Source: Candidatus Saccharimonadota bacterium (GTDB taxonomy: Bacteria; Patescibacteriota; Saccharimonadia; Saccharimonadales; JAQGHD01). From it: a DNA stretch of 64,000 nt. Location: the NCBI GenBank assembly GCA_028288965.1, contig JAQGHD010000023.1, positions 7,249 to 71,248 of the forward strand, written 5' to 3'. Position 1 is the stretch's first letter; each line of letters begins with the position of its first letter. A model generated the notes under the pieces. That model worked only from the letters and a program-made list of their open reading frames with translations. It ran no database searches and was not told the DNA's origin. This document shows positions 1 through 8,893 of the stretch, piece after piece. Both the position numbers and the translations under genes were made by a program.

Positions 1-3000
1 TCTAGGGTAACCTTTTCTTTATCGTTGGCGGTTACTTGGACGACATAGTGATCGCCTTCCTCACCAGCCGTGATGGTACCGGTAATATCAGCCAAAAAGG
101 CTTGACCCTTAGGGGCACGGACTTCAAAGAGCTCTTCTACACGCGGCAGACCAGTGGTAATGTCTTCACCGGCTACACCACCGGAGTGGAAGGTCTTAAG
201 TGTCAGCTGCGTACCTGGCTCACCAATACTCTGAGCGGCAATTACCCCAACTGGGTAGCGCTCAGCAACGAGTTTGCCGGTAGCCGGATCAATACCGTAA
301 GACTTTCGGCCGACGCCGCGAGTGCTGGTGCAACTCAGGGCGCTCATGATCTTTACGCCGTCGAGTTGGCTGTCGGCATCAATCGCCTTAGAAATTTCAC
401 CAGTAATGAGGTGGCCTTTCTTAACGTGAGTGCCGATGCTTTCTGCAGCAAAGCGACCTTCTAGGCGTGAGGCGTAGTTGACGCCAATTTCTTCTGAATC
501 ACGGCGATAAATAGAGAAGCCGGGATCCACCATGTCTTCATCAATCGTGAAGACGTCTTGGCTCACGTCAACCAACCTTCGAGTGAGGTACCCAGAGTCA
601 GCTGTCTTAAGAGCGGTGTCGATCATACCCTTACGCGCTCCACGGGTCGCGGTAAAGTATTCAAGCGGATTCAATCCTTTCTTATAGTTGGAACGAATTG
701 GCAGCTCGATGGCTCGTCCAGTGGCATCGGTAGTAATACCGAACATACCCACAGCCGTCTTGACCTGGCCAATGTTTCCACGAGCACCAGATACTACGGC
801 AATAGACATAGAGCTATCTTCTTTTTCGAACTGTTCAGCGAGAGTGGTTTGCACAGTTGTGTCCACTTGCTGCCAGTTCTCAACCGTTAAACGGTAGCGC
901 TCTTCTTCGGTAATGAAACCTTGATCAAATTGTTCACTAATATCTGTAGCGCGTTTTTCACCCTTCTCTATGATGGCGTCGAGGCCCTTAACGTCGCTAA
1001 AGTCGCCCATACCCATGGATAGGCCTGACTTGGTGGCATACTCAAAGCCAATGTCTTTTAGGTCATCAGCAATTTCGGCGGTTCGTTCCTGGCCGTACTG
1101 TTGATAGACGTCAGCCATTACTTGCTGTAAGCGCTTCTTGGTCATGGCTTCGTTCTGGAATTCAAAATCTTCTGGGAAGATTTCATTAAAGAGTACCCGA
1201 CCTAAGGTAGTTTCGCGTACCTGTCCACGGAATGGCAAACGAACGCGGCTTTGAAGATCGATGACGCCATTTTCGTAGGCCATCAAGGCTTCGCTTATAG
1301 CGGTAAAGTTAGTGGTTGGCTTTTCTGTCAGCCCCGGGCGTTCGTACGTTAAGTAGTAGCTACCCAGCACAATATCTTGTTCAATGTGCAAAATAGGCGA
1401 ACCATCAGCTGGTTTCAGCAAGTTCTTGTTACTAGCCATGATGTCACGAGCCTCATCTTGAGCTTTGTCGGATAGCGGCAAGTGCACGGCCATTTGGTCA
1501 CCGTCAAAGTCGGCATTAAAGCCCTTACAGACCAAGGGGTGCAGCTGGATAGCCTTACCTTCAATCAGTACCGGCTGGAAAGCTTGAATACTGAGTCGGT
1601 GCAGCGAAGGGGCGCGGTTAAGCAGCACGTATTTGCCCTTAATGACTTCATCCAGGGCATCCCAGACAGCAATCTCACTCATTTCGATCATACGCGTCGC
1701 ACTGCGGATGTTGTGGGCTTGTTCGCGTTCAATGAGTTCGCCAATAACGAATGGCTTAAACAGTTCCAGGGCCATCATCTTAGGCAGACCACACTGGAAA
1801 ATCTTGAGTTCTGGTCCGGCTACAATGACCGAACGGCCAGAGTAATCTACGCGCTTACCCAGCAGGTTCTGGCGGAAACGTCCCTGTTTGCCCTTGAGCA
1901 TATCACTTAAACTCTTAAGACGGCGGCGTTGACCGGTAGCGGCTACGGCGCGGCCAGAACGAGCGTTGTTGTTGTCTATTAAAGCATCCACGGCTTCTTG
2001 CAGCATGCGCTGCTCGTTACGGCGAATGACCTCAGGGGCGTTGAGCTCCATGAGTTTTTTAAGGCGATTGTTGCGGTTAATGACGCGGCGGTATAAATCA
2101 TTCAAGTCACTGGTGGCAAATCGGCCACCTGTTAACTGAACCATGGGGCGAAGATCTGGAGGAATCACCGGCAAAACGGTGACACACATACTGCTTGGCT
2201 TGATTTCGGCTCGGTGCATGCTTTCTAGCAGACGCAGGCGCTTCATGATCTTCTTTTTGCGCTGTCCTTTGCTCTCCTCGGCCTCGTGGGTCAGGGTATC
2301 GATCAATTTCTGCAGATCAATTTCGTCGAGCATGTCCTTTAGGGCCGCACCACCCATACCAACGGTAACAAGGTCGCTGACGTCATCGGGCAAAGACCGG
2401 TATTCAGACTCACTAATGAGGTGAAGTTTTTCAAGTCCTTCGAGCTGGTTTTTAAGCAGTTCGTAGTCGCGGGTGAGTTCTTCTAGCTCTTTGGTTTGCT
2501 GTTCGGCCAGGGCGCGAACATCGGCCTTTTCATCATCCTTAGCCTGCTTTTCGTAGCGCAATTTTATGGCTTCTTTGCCGGCATTGAACTCGGCTTCTTT
2601 ATCGGCCAGCATCTTATCACGCTTGTCAGCGTCAACTGACTTTATGATGTAGCTGGCAAAGTAGGCAACTCGCTCCAAGTTCTTGACGGTCATGCCCAAA
2701 ACTAAGCCAATGGCACTTGGTGTGCCGCGCAAAAACCAGATGTGAGCAACTGGTACGGCCAGGTTAATGTGGGCCATGCGTTCACGACGAACAATGCTCC
2801 GTGTCACAATCTCACCGTTCTTATCAACGGCAGCTTCGCGCGAGCGGACACCTTTATATTTGGCGTCATGCGGGTTGATGTCCTTAACTGGTCCAAAGAT
2901 TCGTTCGCAGAACAAACCGTCACGCTCGGGTTTTTGGGTTCGGTAGTTAATTGTCTCGGGTTTGGTGACTTCGCCATAAGACCAGTCCAGAATATCTTCT

Positions 3001-3068
3001 GGGCTGGCAATAGCTAGACGCACAGCGTCAAAGTCGGCAATATCAGTTCCGTAAGCGTAGCGTCTCAT
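1..3068 (-). CDS. rpoC: DNA-directed RNA polymerase subunit beta-prime (partial; 3' end lies beyond window start)
   Basis: Missing from the ORF track because it runs off the window edge. My reverse-complement translation from ATG 3068-3066 reads MRRYAYGTDIADFDAVRLAIASPEDILDWSYGEVTKPETINYRT. The same frame encodes GKRVDYSGRSVIV, the catalytic NADFDGDQM (nt 1491-1517) and AAQSIGEPGTQLT. It is still open at nt 3 (..DHYVVQVTANDKEKVTL). The ATG overlaps the rpoB TAA by 1 nt (TAATG). Confidence 0.95.
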   Translation of the reverse strand, partial: MRRYAYGTDIADFDAVRLAIASPEDILDWSYGEVTKPETINYRTQKPERDGLFCERIFGPVKDINPHDAKYKGVRSREAAVDKNGEIVTRSIVRRERMAHINLAVPVAHIWFLRGTPSAIGLVLGMTVKNLERVAYFASYIIKSVDADKRDKMLADKEAEFNAGKEAIKLRYEKQAKDDEKADVRALAEQQTKELEELTRDYELLKNQLEGLEKLHLISESEYRSLPDDVSDLVTVGMGGAALKDMLDEIDLQKLIDTLTHEAEESKGQRKKKIMKRLRLLESMHRAEIKPSSMCVTVLPVIPPDLRPMVQLTGGRFATSDLNDLYRRVINRNNRLKKLMELNAPEVIRRNEQRMLQEAVDALIDNNNARSGRAVAATGQRRRLKSLSDMLKGKQGRFRQNLLGKRVDYSGRSVIVAGPELKIFQCGLPKMMALELFKPFVIGELIEREQAHNIRSATRMIEMSEIAVWDALDEVIKGKYVLLNRAPSLHRLSIQAFQPVLIEGKAIQLHPLVCKGFNADFDGDQMAVHLPLSDKAQDEARDIMASNKNLLKPADGSPILHIEQDIVLGSYYLTYERPGLTEKPTTNFTAISEALMAYENGVIDLQSRVRLPFRGQVRETTLGRVLFNEIFPEDFEFQNEAMTKKRLQQVMADVYQQYGQERTAEIADDLKDIGFEYATKSGLSMGMGDFSDVKGLDAIIEKGEKRATDISEQFDQGFITEEERYRLTVENWQQVDTTVQTTLAEQFEKEDSSMSIAVVSGARGNIGQVKTAVGMFGITTDATGRAIELPIRSNYKKGLNPLEYFTATRGARKGMIDTALKTADSGYLTRRLVDVSQDVFTIDEDMVDPGFSIYRRDSEEIGVNYASRLEGRFAAESIGTHVKKGHLITGEISKAIDADSQLDGVKIMSALSCTSTRGVGRKSYGIDPATGKLVAERYPVGVIAAQSIGEPGTQLTLKTFHSGGVAGEDITTGLPRVEELFEVRAPKGQAFLADITGTITAGEEGDHYVVQVTANDKEKVTL

Positions 3069-6000
3069 TATTTAGTCTCCTGTTCTACTTGTTTGGTCTC
3101 GTCATCATCTGAAGCAACTGGGGCTCCAGTTGGTAATTGATCGTCAATTTCCATAATCTTAAATTCATCAACGATAGCATCCTCGCTGACGTCTACATCA
3201 GATGCTTGCGGAGCTGGCACTTCAACTTCGGCCTGGTGACTGGCTTCGTCCTTAATGTTTTCGGCCAGTACGGCTTCGGCATCAACAGCTATATGTTCGG
3301 TAATCAAGTCAACCTTAAGACCCAAGCCTTGCAGCTCTTTAACAAGTACGTTAAAGCTTTCTGGTACTTTTGGCCCAACAATTTCAGTCTTCTTAATGAT
3401 TGACTCGTAGGCTTTTGAACGGCCGTAAACGTCATCGGACTTAATGGTCAGCATTTCTTGCAAAGTATGGGCGGCGCCGTAAGCTTCCAGAGCCCAGACT
3501 TCCATTTCGCCAAAGCGCTGGCCACCGTTTTGAGCTTTTCCACCCAACGGTTGCTGGGTGACCATGGTGTATGGCCCAGTAGAACGAGCGTGAATTTTGT
3601 CGGCAATCATGTGATTGAGCTTAATCATGTACATGGAGCCAACGGTGGTTCGCTCCTTAAAGGCTTCGCCTGTGCGGCCATCAAATAACTGCTGTTTGCC
3701 GTCTTCTGGCAGACCAGCCTCTTTGAGCAACTCGGAAATTTTATCAATGCTGACGCCATCAAATGATGGTGAAGCAACTTTAATACCAAGTGTTTTAGCG
3801 GCCATACCAAGGTGTGTTTCAAATAACTGTCCAACGTTCATACGGCTGGGTACTCCGAGCGGGTTGAGAATAATATCAACTGGCTCTCCATCCGTCATGA
3901 AGGGCATGTCCTCTACCGGCAAGATTCGGGCAATAACACCCTTGTTTCCGTGACGTCCACCAAGCTTGTCACCAACGGCGATTTTACGCATTTGAGCCAC
4001 AAAAACTTGGATTTGCATGAGTACTCCAGCTTTGAGCTCGTGGCCGTTGGCGCGAGAAAAGACCTTTACGCCCACAACCTTACCATGCTTACCGTTACTC
4101 ATGCGCTGAGAGGTATCGCGGACTTCCTTGGCCTTCTCACCAAAGATAGCCCGAAGCAAACGTTCTTCGCTGGATAGTTCTTGCTCACCCTTGGGCGTAA
4201 TTTTACCTACTAGAATGTCACCAGGGTGTACTTCGGCGCCGATACGGACAATACCGTCATCATCAAGGTGGCGCAAAGCTTCTTCGGAAACATTAGGGAT
4301 ATCACGGGTAACGATTTCTGGGCCAAGTTTGGTTTCACGAACCTCCGTCATGTAATCAACAATGTGAATAGACGTTAAAGTGTCATCCTCTACTAGTCGG
4401 CGCGAAATAATGATGGCATCCTCAAAGTTGTAACCAGACCATGGCATAAAGGCCACGACCAAGTCACGTCCCAGGGCCAACTCACCACCTTCTATAGACA
4501 TGCCTTCGATAAGCGCGTCACCAGCTTTAACTTTGTCGCCAGTACTGACCACAACCTTTTGGTTGATACAGGTACCTTCGTTGCTCCGCATGAAGTGCTG
4601 GGGGTGATAGGTCTTAGTGACGCCCTTGTACTTGACAACAACTTCGTCCGCGGTGGACTTAGTGATCTCGCCGGCGTCTTCGGCAACCACAATCTGACCA
4701 GTGTTAATGGCGGCCGAGGCTTCTAGTCCGGTGCCAACAAGTGGCGCAGCTGGGCGAATGAGCGGCACAGCTTGCCGCTGTTGGTTACTACCCATGAGGC
4801 TTCGGTACACGTAGTTTTTCTCAATAAATGGAATCAAGCCGGCACTACTACCAATAATTTGCTTTCGACTGGCATCCATATGGGTCACGTCATTGGCATC
4901 AACTTCACCTGATTTTAGGTGACTGCGAGCTGAAACACGCTCGCTTACAAAGAAACCACTAGCATCAACTGCTTCACCGGCACTGGCGATGACAGCTGAT
5001 TCTTCTTCAGCCGCATCCAGGTATTCAACTTGACGAGTCACCACAGCTTTAATCGGCCAGGTAACTTGATTTTTGACGGTAGCTAGTTTTTTAGCTTCGG
5101 CTTCTGAAATTTTCTTGCCGGCTTTGACGATGACTTTACCTTTTTCGTCTTCTAAGTCAACGGCGGCGATGTAGCCGGCTGCATCTTTGGCGGTAACGGC
5201 GTTTTTGATCTTTATATAAGGAGTCTCTATAAAACCGTACTCATTAATACGGGCAAAGTTGGCGAGGTTAAGCACTAAACCAATGTTGGCACCTTCTGGT
5301 GTCTCCACAGCACAGATACGGCCATAGTGGGTAGCGTGCGCGTCACGTACTTCAAAGCCGGCACGTTCACGGCTTAGGCCACCGGGACCCATAGAACTCA
5401 AACGTCGCTTGTGAGCCAGTTCGCTCAAAGGGTTAATTTGATCCATAAATTGGCTAAGCTGGCTGCTGGCAAAGAATTCACGGACGGCAGCGACGACTGG
5501 ACGGGCGTTAATGAGCTGTCCAGGGGTAACGGTCTCGATCTCGCACATGCTCATGCGGTCCTTGGTATTACGTTCCATACGCAGCAGACCAATCCGGAAC
5601 TGACGCTGGACCAGCTCGCCAACGAGTTTGACGCGTCGGTTGGCCAAACTGTCGATATCGTCAGCTGGCTCTTGGCTGTTATTCATACGAATAATCTCGG
5701 CAATGATAGCCGTCAGATCCTCAAGTCGCATAACACGATTCTCGGCCGTGTTTGGCACATCAAGGTTTAGGCGTTTGTTGATCTTGTAACGACCAACGCG
5801 GCTAAAATCAAAACGCTTGAAGTTATAAAACATGTTTTCTAGCAAACTACGGGCGTTGTCGACGGTAGCTAGGTCACCGGGACGTAGCCGCCGGTAGACT
5901 TCGATTAAGGCGTCGTTTGTTCCCTTGGTAGGGTCTTTTTCGAGTGTAGCTTTCACGTAGTTGATCTCACCTTGATCAACGTGCTTAAAGGTCTCGTTCA

Positions 6001-6610
6001 TACTGGCCTCATTCATGCCTAGGGCTTTAAGCAAGGTGGTGATAGCAATTTTTCGCTTGCGGTCGATCTTTACGTAGATGGCGCCGTTACTAGCTGTCTC
6101 GAACTCCAACCAAGCGCCACGGCCAGGAATGACCTTGGCACCGTACAAATTGCGTGTGCTATGGGTATCGGCAGTAAAGAATACACCGGCTGAACGAATC
6201 AGTTGCGAAACAACCACGCGCTCAGCGCCATTAATAACAAACGTACCACGAGTAGTCATCCAAGGATAATCACCCAGGTATATTTCTTGCTCTTTAACTT
6301 CGCCAGTGACCTTATTGGTCAGCTCCACCGTAGCTTTTAGTGGTGCTTCAAAGCTGACATTGTTTTCCCGAGCCTCGGCTTCAGGCATTTTTGGGGCGTC
6401 AAAATGATAATCCTTGAACCGCAAGGACAGTTTAGTGCCGGTATAATCGTCTATCGGACTTAATTCAGCCAATAATTCACCCAAACCTTCATTAACAAAC
6501 CATTGAAATGATTTGTTTTGGTGATCGACAAGGTTTGGAAGATCAACGATGTCGGTATTCTTAGTGAAAAAAATTCGTTCTTTGGCCTTAACAGTAGTGC
6601 TTTTTGCCAT
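3068..6610 (-). CDS. rpoB: DNA-directed RNA polymerase subunit beta
   Basis: The 1184-aa ORF carries beta-subunit hallmarks: GPGGLSRERAGFEVRDAHATHYGRICAVETPEGANIGL, GRHGNKGVIARILP and QRFGEMEVWALEAYGAA. I set the start at ATG 6610 (MAKSTTVKAK). The GGGAGG at 6623-6628 directly abuts the upstream ATG at 6622, so it can only serve the downstream ATG. The ORF-track start 6622 remains possible. Confidence 0.95.
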   Translation of the reverse strand: MAKSTTVKAKERIFFTKNTDIVDLPNLVDHQNKSFQWFVNEGLGELLAELSPIDDYTGTKLSLRFKDYHFDAPKMPEAEARENNVSFEAPLKATVELTNKVTGEVKEQEIYLGDYPWMTTRGTFVINGAERVVVSQLIRSAGVFFTADTHSTRNLYGAKVIPGRGAWLEFETASNGAIYVKIDRKRKIAITTLLKALGMNEASMNETFKHVDQGEINYVKATLEKDPTKGTNDALIEVYRRLRPGDLATVDNARSLLENMFYNFKRFDFSRVGRYKINKRLNLDVPNTAENRVMRLEDLTAIIAEIIRMNNSQEPADDIDSLANRRVKLVGELVQRQFRIGLLRMERNTKDRMSMCEIETVTPGQLINARPVVAAVREFFASSQLSQFMDQINPLSELAHKRRLSSMGPGGLSRERAGFEVRDAHATHYGRICAVETPEGANIGLVLNLANFARINEYGFIETPYIKIKNAVTAKDAAGYIAAVDLEDEKGKVIVKAGKKISEAEAKKLATVKNQVTWPIKAVVTRQVEYLDAAEEESAVIASAGEAVDASGFFVSERVSARSHLKSGEVDANDVTHMDASRKQIIGSSAGLIPFIEKNYVYRSLMGSNQQRQAVPLIRPAAPLVGTGLEASAAINTGQIVVAEDAGEITKSTADEVVVKYKGVTKTYHPQHFMRSNEGTCINQKVVVSTGDKVKAGDALIEGMSIEGGELALGRDLVVAFMPWSGYNFEDAIIISRRLVEDDTLTSIHIVDYMTEVRETKLGPEIVTRDIPNVSEEALRHLDDDGIVRIGAEVHPGDILVGKITPKGEQELSSEERLLRAIFGEKAKEVRDTSQRMSNGKHGKVVGVKVFSRANGHELKAGVLMQIQVFVAQMRKIAVGDKLGGRHGNKGVIARILPVEDMPFMTDGEPVDIILNPLGVPSRMNVGQLFETHLGMAAKTLGIKVASPSFDGVSIDKISELLKEAGLPEDGKQQLFDGRTGEAFKERTTVGSMYMIKLNHMIADKIHARSTGPYTMVTQQPLGGKAQNGGQRFGEMEVWALEAYGAAHTLQEMLTIKSDDVYGRSKAYESIIKKTEIVGPKVPESFNVLVKELQGLGLKVDLITEHIAVDAEAVLAENIKDEASHQAEVEVPAPQASDVDVSEDAIVDEFKIMEIDDQLPTGAPVASDDDETKQVEQETK

Positions 6611-6769
6611 ACGCGTGCGCATCCTCCCAAATTAAAAAATAGCTAGTAATACTTTTACTGGTTTTATGTTTGTTAGGGTGTTGCCGGCGAAGAAAACTAA
6701 GAGGGAGGTTTTTGCCTGCAGATGTTTTAAGCCACAGTAATACCCAACTTACACTACTTCTTACTTACT

Positions 6770-6798
6770 ATTCTACAGATTAGTAGGAATTGAGTCAA
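6770..6798 (-). promoter_or_regulatory. Candidate sigma70-type promoter for rpoBC (TTGACT-N17-TAGAAT)
   Basis: On the minus strand, TTGACT lies at 6798-6793 and TAGAAT at 6775-6770, separated by an exact 17-nt spacer. The site is in the 240-nt clpP-rpoB gap and implies a leader of roughly 150 nt. Confidence 0.5.
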
Positions 6799-6864
6799 GT
6801 CTTCTACCCGGCAGCCATAACACGATGTTACCAGCCCATGTATTTTTAACCATGAGAAGCTTAA

Positions 6865-7497
6865 CTATTTGATTTTGGGTGGGGTGGTGATGATTTTGTC
6901 TACCAAGCCGTACTTTTTGGCTTCGTCGGCGGTCATCCAGAAGTCACGCTCCATGTCGGTGTGAATCTTGCCAGGCGTTTGACCAGTGTTATGAGTCATA
7001 ATCTCTTCCATGAGTCGCTTAATTCGAAGCGCTTCTTTGAGGTCAATTTCCTGATCAGTTACTTTACCGCGAGTACCGCTGGAGGGTTGGTGGATCATAA
7101 CCGTGGCGTGCGGCAGTATAAAGCGCTTGCCCTTGGTGCCACTGCTGAGCAAGAAAGCGGCGGCGCTGGCCTGCATACCAATGCCAACAGTCTGGACATC
7201 ACTTTTTACGAACTCCATGGTGTCGTAGATTGCTAGAGCGTCGTAGACGTTGCCGCCCGGACTATTGATATATAGGAATATGTCTTTGTTGGAGTTCTCA
7301 TTGTCTAGGAATAATAGCTGGGCCACAATTACGTTGGCACTATGCGGATTAATTTCATCACCGACAAAAATAATACGGTCCCGCAAAAGCCGTGAGTAAA
7401 TATCATAAGCGCGTTCCATCCGGCCTTCTTGTTCGATAACCGTTGGAATCAAAATTTGGCTTTTGGGTTTCTGATCATCATCTTGTGTAAACATCAT
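6865..7497 (-). CDS. clpP: ATP-dependent Clp protease proteolytic subunit
   Basis: The 210-aa ORF matches the ClpP family throughout: [42 protein letters not shown], the [11 protein letters not shown] serine region and IMIHQPS. An AAGAGGT Shine-Dalgarno sits 6 nt upstream of ATGATG. Confidence 0.93.
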   Translation of the reverse strand: MMFTQDDDQKPKSQILIPTVIEQEGRMERAYDIYSRLLRDRIIFVGDEINPHSANVIVAQLLFLDNENSNKDIFLYINSPGGNVYDALAIYDTMEFVKSDVQTVGIGMQASAAAFLLSSGTKGKRFILPHATVMIHQPSSGTRGKVTDQEIDLKEALRIKRLMEEIMTHNTGQTPGKIHTDMERDFWMTADEAKKYGLVDKIITTPPKIK

Positions 7498-7523
7498 ATT
7501 TATACCTCTTTTGTAGTACTTCT

Positions 7524-7552
7524 ATGATATAAAATTAGCACTCAACAGTCAA
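7524..7552 (-). promoter_or_regulatory. Candidate clpP promoter (TTGACT-N17-TATCAT) overlapping CIRCE
   Basis: The minus strand reads TTGACT (7552-7547), a 17-nt spacer, then TATCAT (7529-7524). This lies 27 nt upstream of the clpP ATG. The -35 hexamer sits inside the CIRCE spacer. Confidence 0.55.
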
Positions 7553-7561
7553 GAGTGCTAA
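7535..7561 (-). promoter_or_regulatory. CIRCE element (HrcA operator-type inverted repeat) upstream of clpP
   Basis: The sequence TTAGCACTC-aacagtcaa-GAGTGCTAA is an exact match to the CIRCE consensus TTAGCACTC-N9-GAGTGCTAA. It lies 1 nt after the tig stop codon and 38 nt before the clpP ATG. Confidence 0.85.
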
Positions 7562-7562
7562 T

Positions 7563-8843
7563 TTACTTGGTGCTGAGCTCTGTCAGCCGGGCTAAAGTTT
7601 TTTGAGTAAGAATTCTGGAAGCAATGTCGCGGCCAGCTTCTGGCTTACTCAGCTCAGCTTGCATGCCCGGGTCTTGATACTGACCTTTGAGTAGTTGGAG
7701 TTGGATTTCCAGCTCCTCGGGGGTAACGACTAGTCCTTCTTTTTCGGCAACTTCAGATAGAAGTATGCCGGCTTTGACACGTTCCTCAGCTTGAGGTCGC
7801 AAACTTGCTCGAAATTCATCTTCGGTTTTGCCTTCTTGGGCTAAAAATTCAGGAAACGTCTGCCCGCGGTAAACGAGATTTTGTTGCTGATCGCGAATAA
7901 TAAGTTCGATTTGCTCATCGACTAGCAGCTTCGGGACGCTGGCTTTGCTTTTAGCCACCAGTTCGCTGACAATCTCGTTTTCCAGCAGGCGCGTGGCCTC
8001 CTGCTCATGGTCGGCGGTTATTTGCTTTTTAATATCTATCTTTAATTCTTCTATGGTCTTGAAGGGTCCGACGGTGGCCGCAAAAGCATCGTCAAGTTTG
8101 GCTTCGGATAGTTCTTGCACGGTTTTAACGGTGACAGTGAAAGTTACTTTCTTGTTACGCATGGCGGAGGCGCCGTAGTCTTTTGGAAAAGTGAGCGTGA
8201 AGCTTTTTTTTTGTCCGGGCTTGGTGCCGATAAGATTTACTTCAAATCCAGGTATGAAACTATCGCTGCCCAGCAGCAGCGGATAATCCTGGCCATCGGT
8301 GCCTGGTATGGCCTGGCCTTTTTGGTCTTGTCCTGAAAAATCGATAATTATTTCATCACCCTTTTTGGCAGCTCGCTCGACGGCTTTTCGAGTCGCGGCA
8401 CGTTGCTGCAAACGCTCTAAAACTTCGTTAACGTTTTTGGCAGTGACGCTGACCTTGGTTTTGGTCTTTTTGATCTTTTTGTAATCGCCTAGGACAACAT
8501 CACCGATAATAGACACGGTGGCGGTGAACTCAAGTTCACTAAATGGCACAAACTTGGTTATTTGAACTTCGGGGCGGTCTACAGCCCGTATGTTTTGTTT
8601 TTGCAAAACATTGGCGTACAGATGATTGACGGCCTCTTCTAAAAACTCGGTTTGTAAAACGCTGGGGTCGGTGTTTTTCTCTACGAGTGGCAGCGGCGCT
8701 TTGCCCTCGCGAAAGCCAGCAACTTTTACTTTAGCTTGGAGGTGGCGCAGAACATGCTCTTTGAGCGGGGTTAAGTCAGTGGTGTCGGCCGAGACGGTTA
8801 AGATGAGCTCGGTATCGCTGGGTAACTCACGTTTTACTTGCAT
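7563..8843 (-). CDS. tig: Trigger factor
   Basis: The 426-aa ORF has the N-terminal ribosome-binding signature AGFREGKAPLPLV (GFRxGxxP), a central FKBP-like segment (GSDSFIPGFEVNLIG) and the classic tig-clpP gene order. Confidence 0.9.
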   Translation of the reverse strand: MQVKRELPSDTELILTVSADTTDLTPLKEHVLRHLQAKVKVAGFREGKAPLPLVEKNTDPSVLQTEFLEEAVNHLYANVLQKQNIRAVDRPEVQITKFVPFSELEFTATVSIIGDVVLGDYKKIKKTKTKVSVTAKNVNEVLERLQQRAATRKAVERAAKKGDEIIIDFSGQDQKGQAIPGTDGQDYPLLLGSDSFIPGFEVNLIGTKPGQKKSFTLTFPKDYGASAMRNKKVTFTVTVKTVQELSEAKLDDAFAATVGPFKTIEELKIDIKKQITADHEQEATRLLENEIVSELVAKSKASVPKLLVDEQIELIIRDQQQNLVYRGQTFPEFLAQEGKTEDEFRASLRPQAEERVKAGILLSEVAEKEGLVVTPEELEIQLQLLKGQYQDPGMQAELSKPEAGRDIASRILTQKTLARLTELSTK

Positions 8844-8893
8844 AGATATCCAACTCTAACAGATTTGAGCCGGTTTTTCTAGCCTGACTGCTC

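Noticed and set aside
36-3017. Plus-strand and minor minus-strand ORFs in the first 3 kb (36-464, 558-890, 688-897, 1482-1910, 1633-1845, 2143-2424, 2742-3017, 2804-3010).
   Set aside because: The whole interval is one open minus-strand frame encoding rpoC, with NADFDGDQM and other invariant beta-prime motifs. These ORFs are alternative-frame or antisense shadows with no recognisable protein features.
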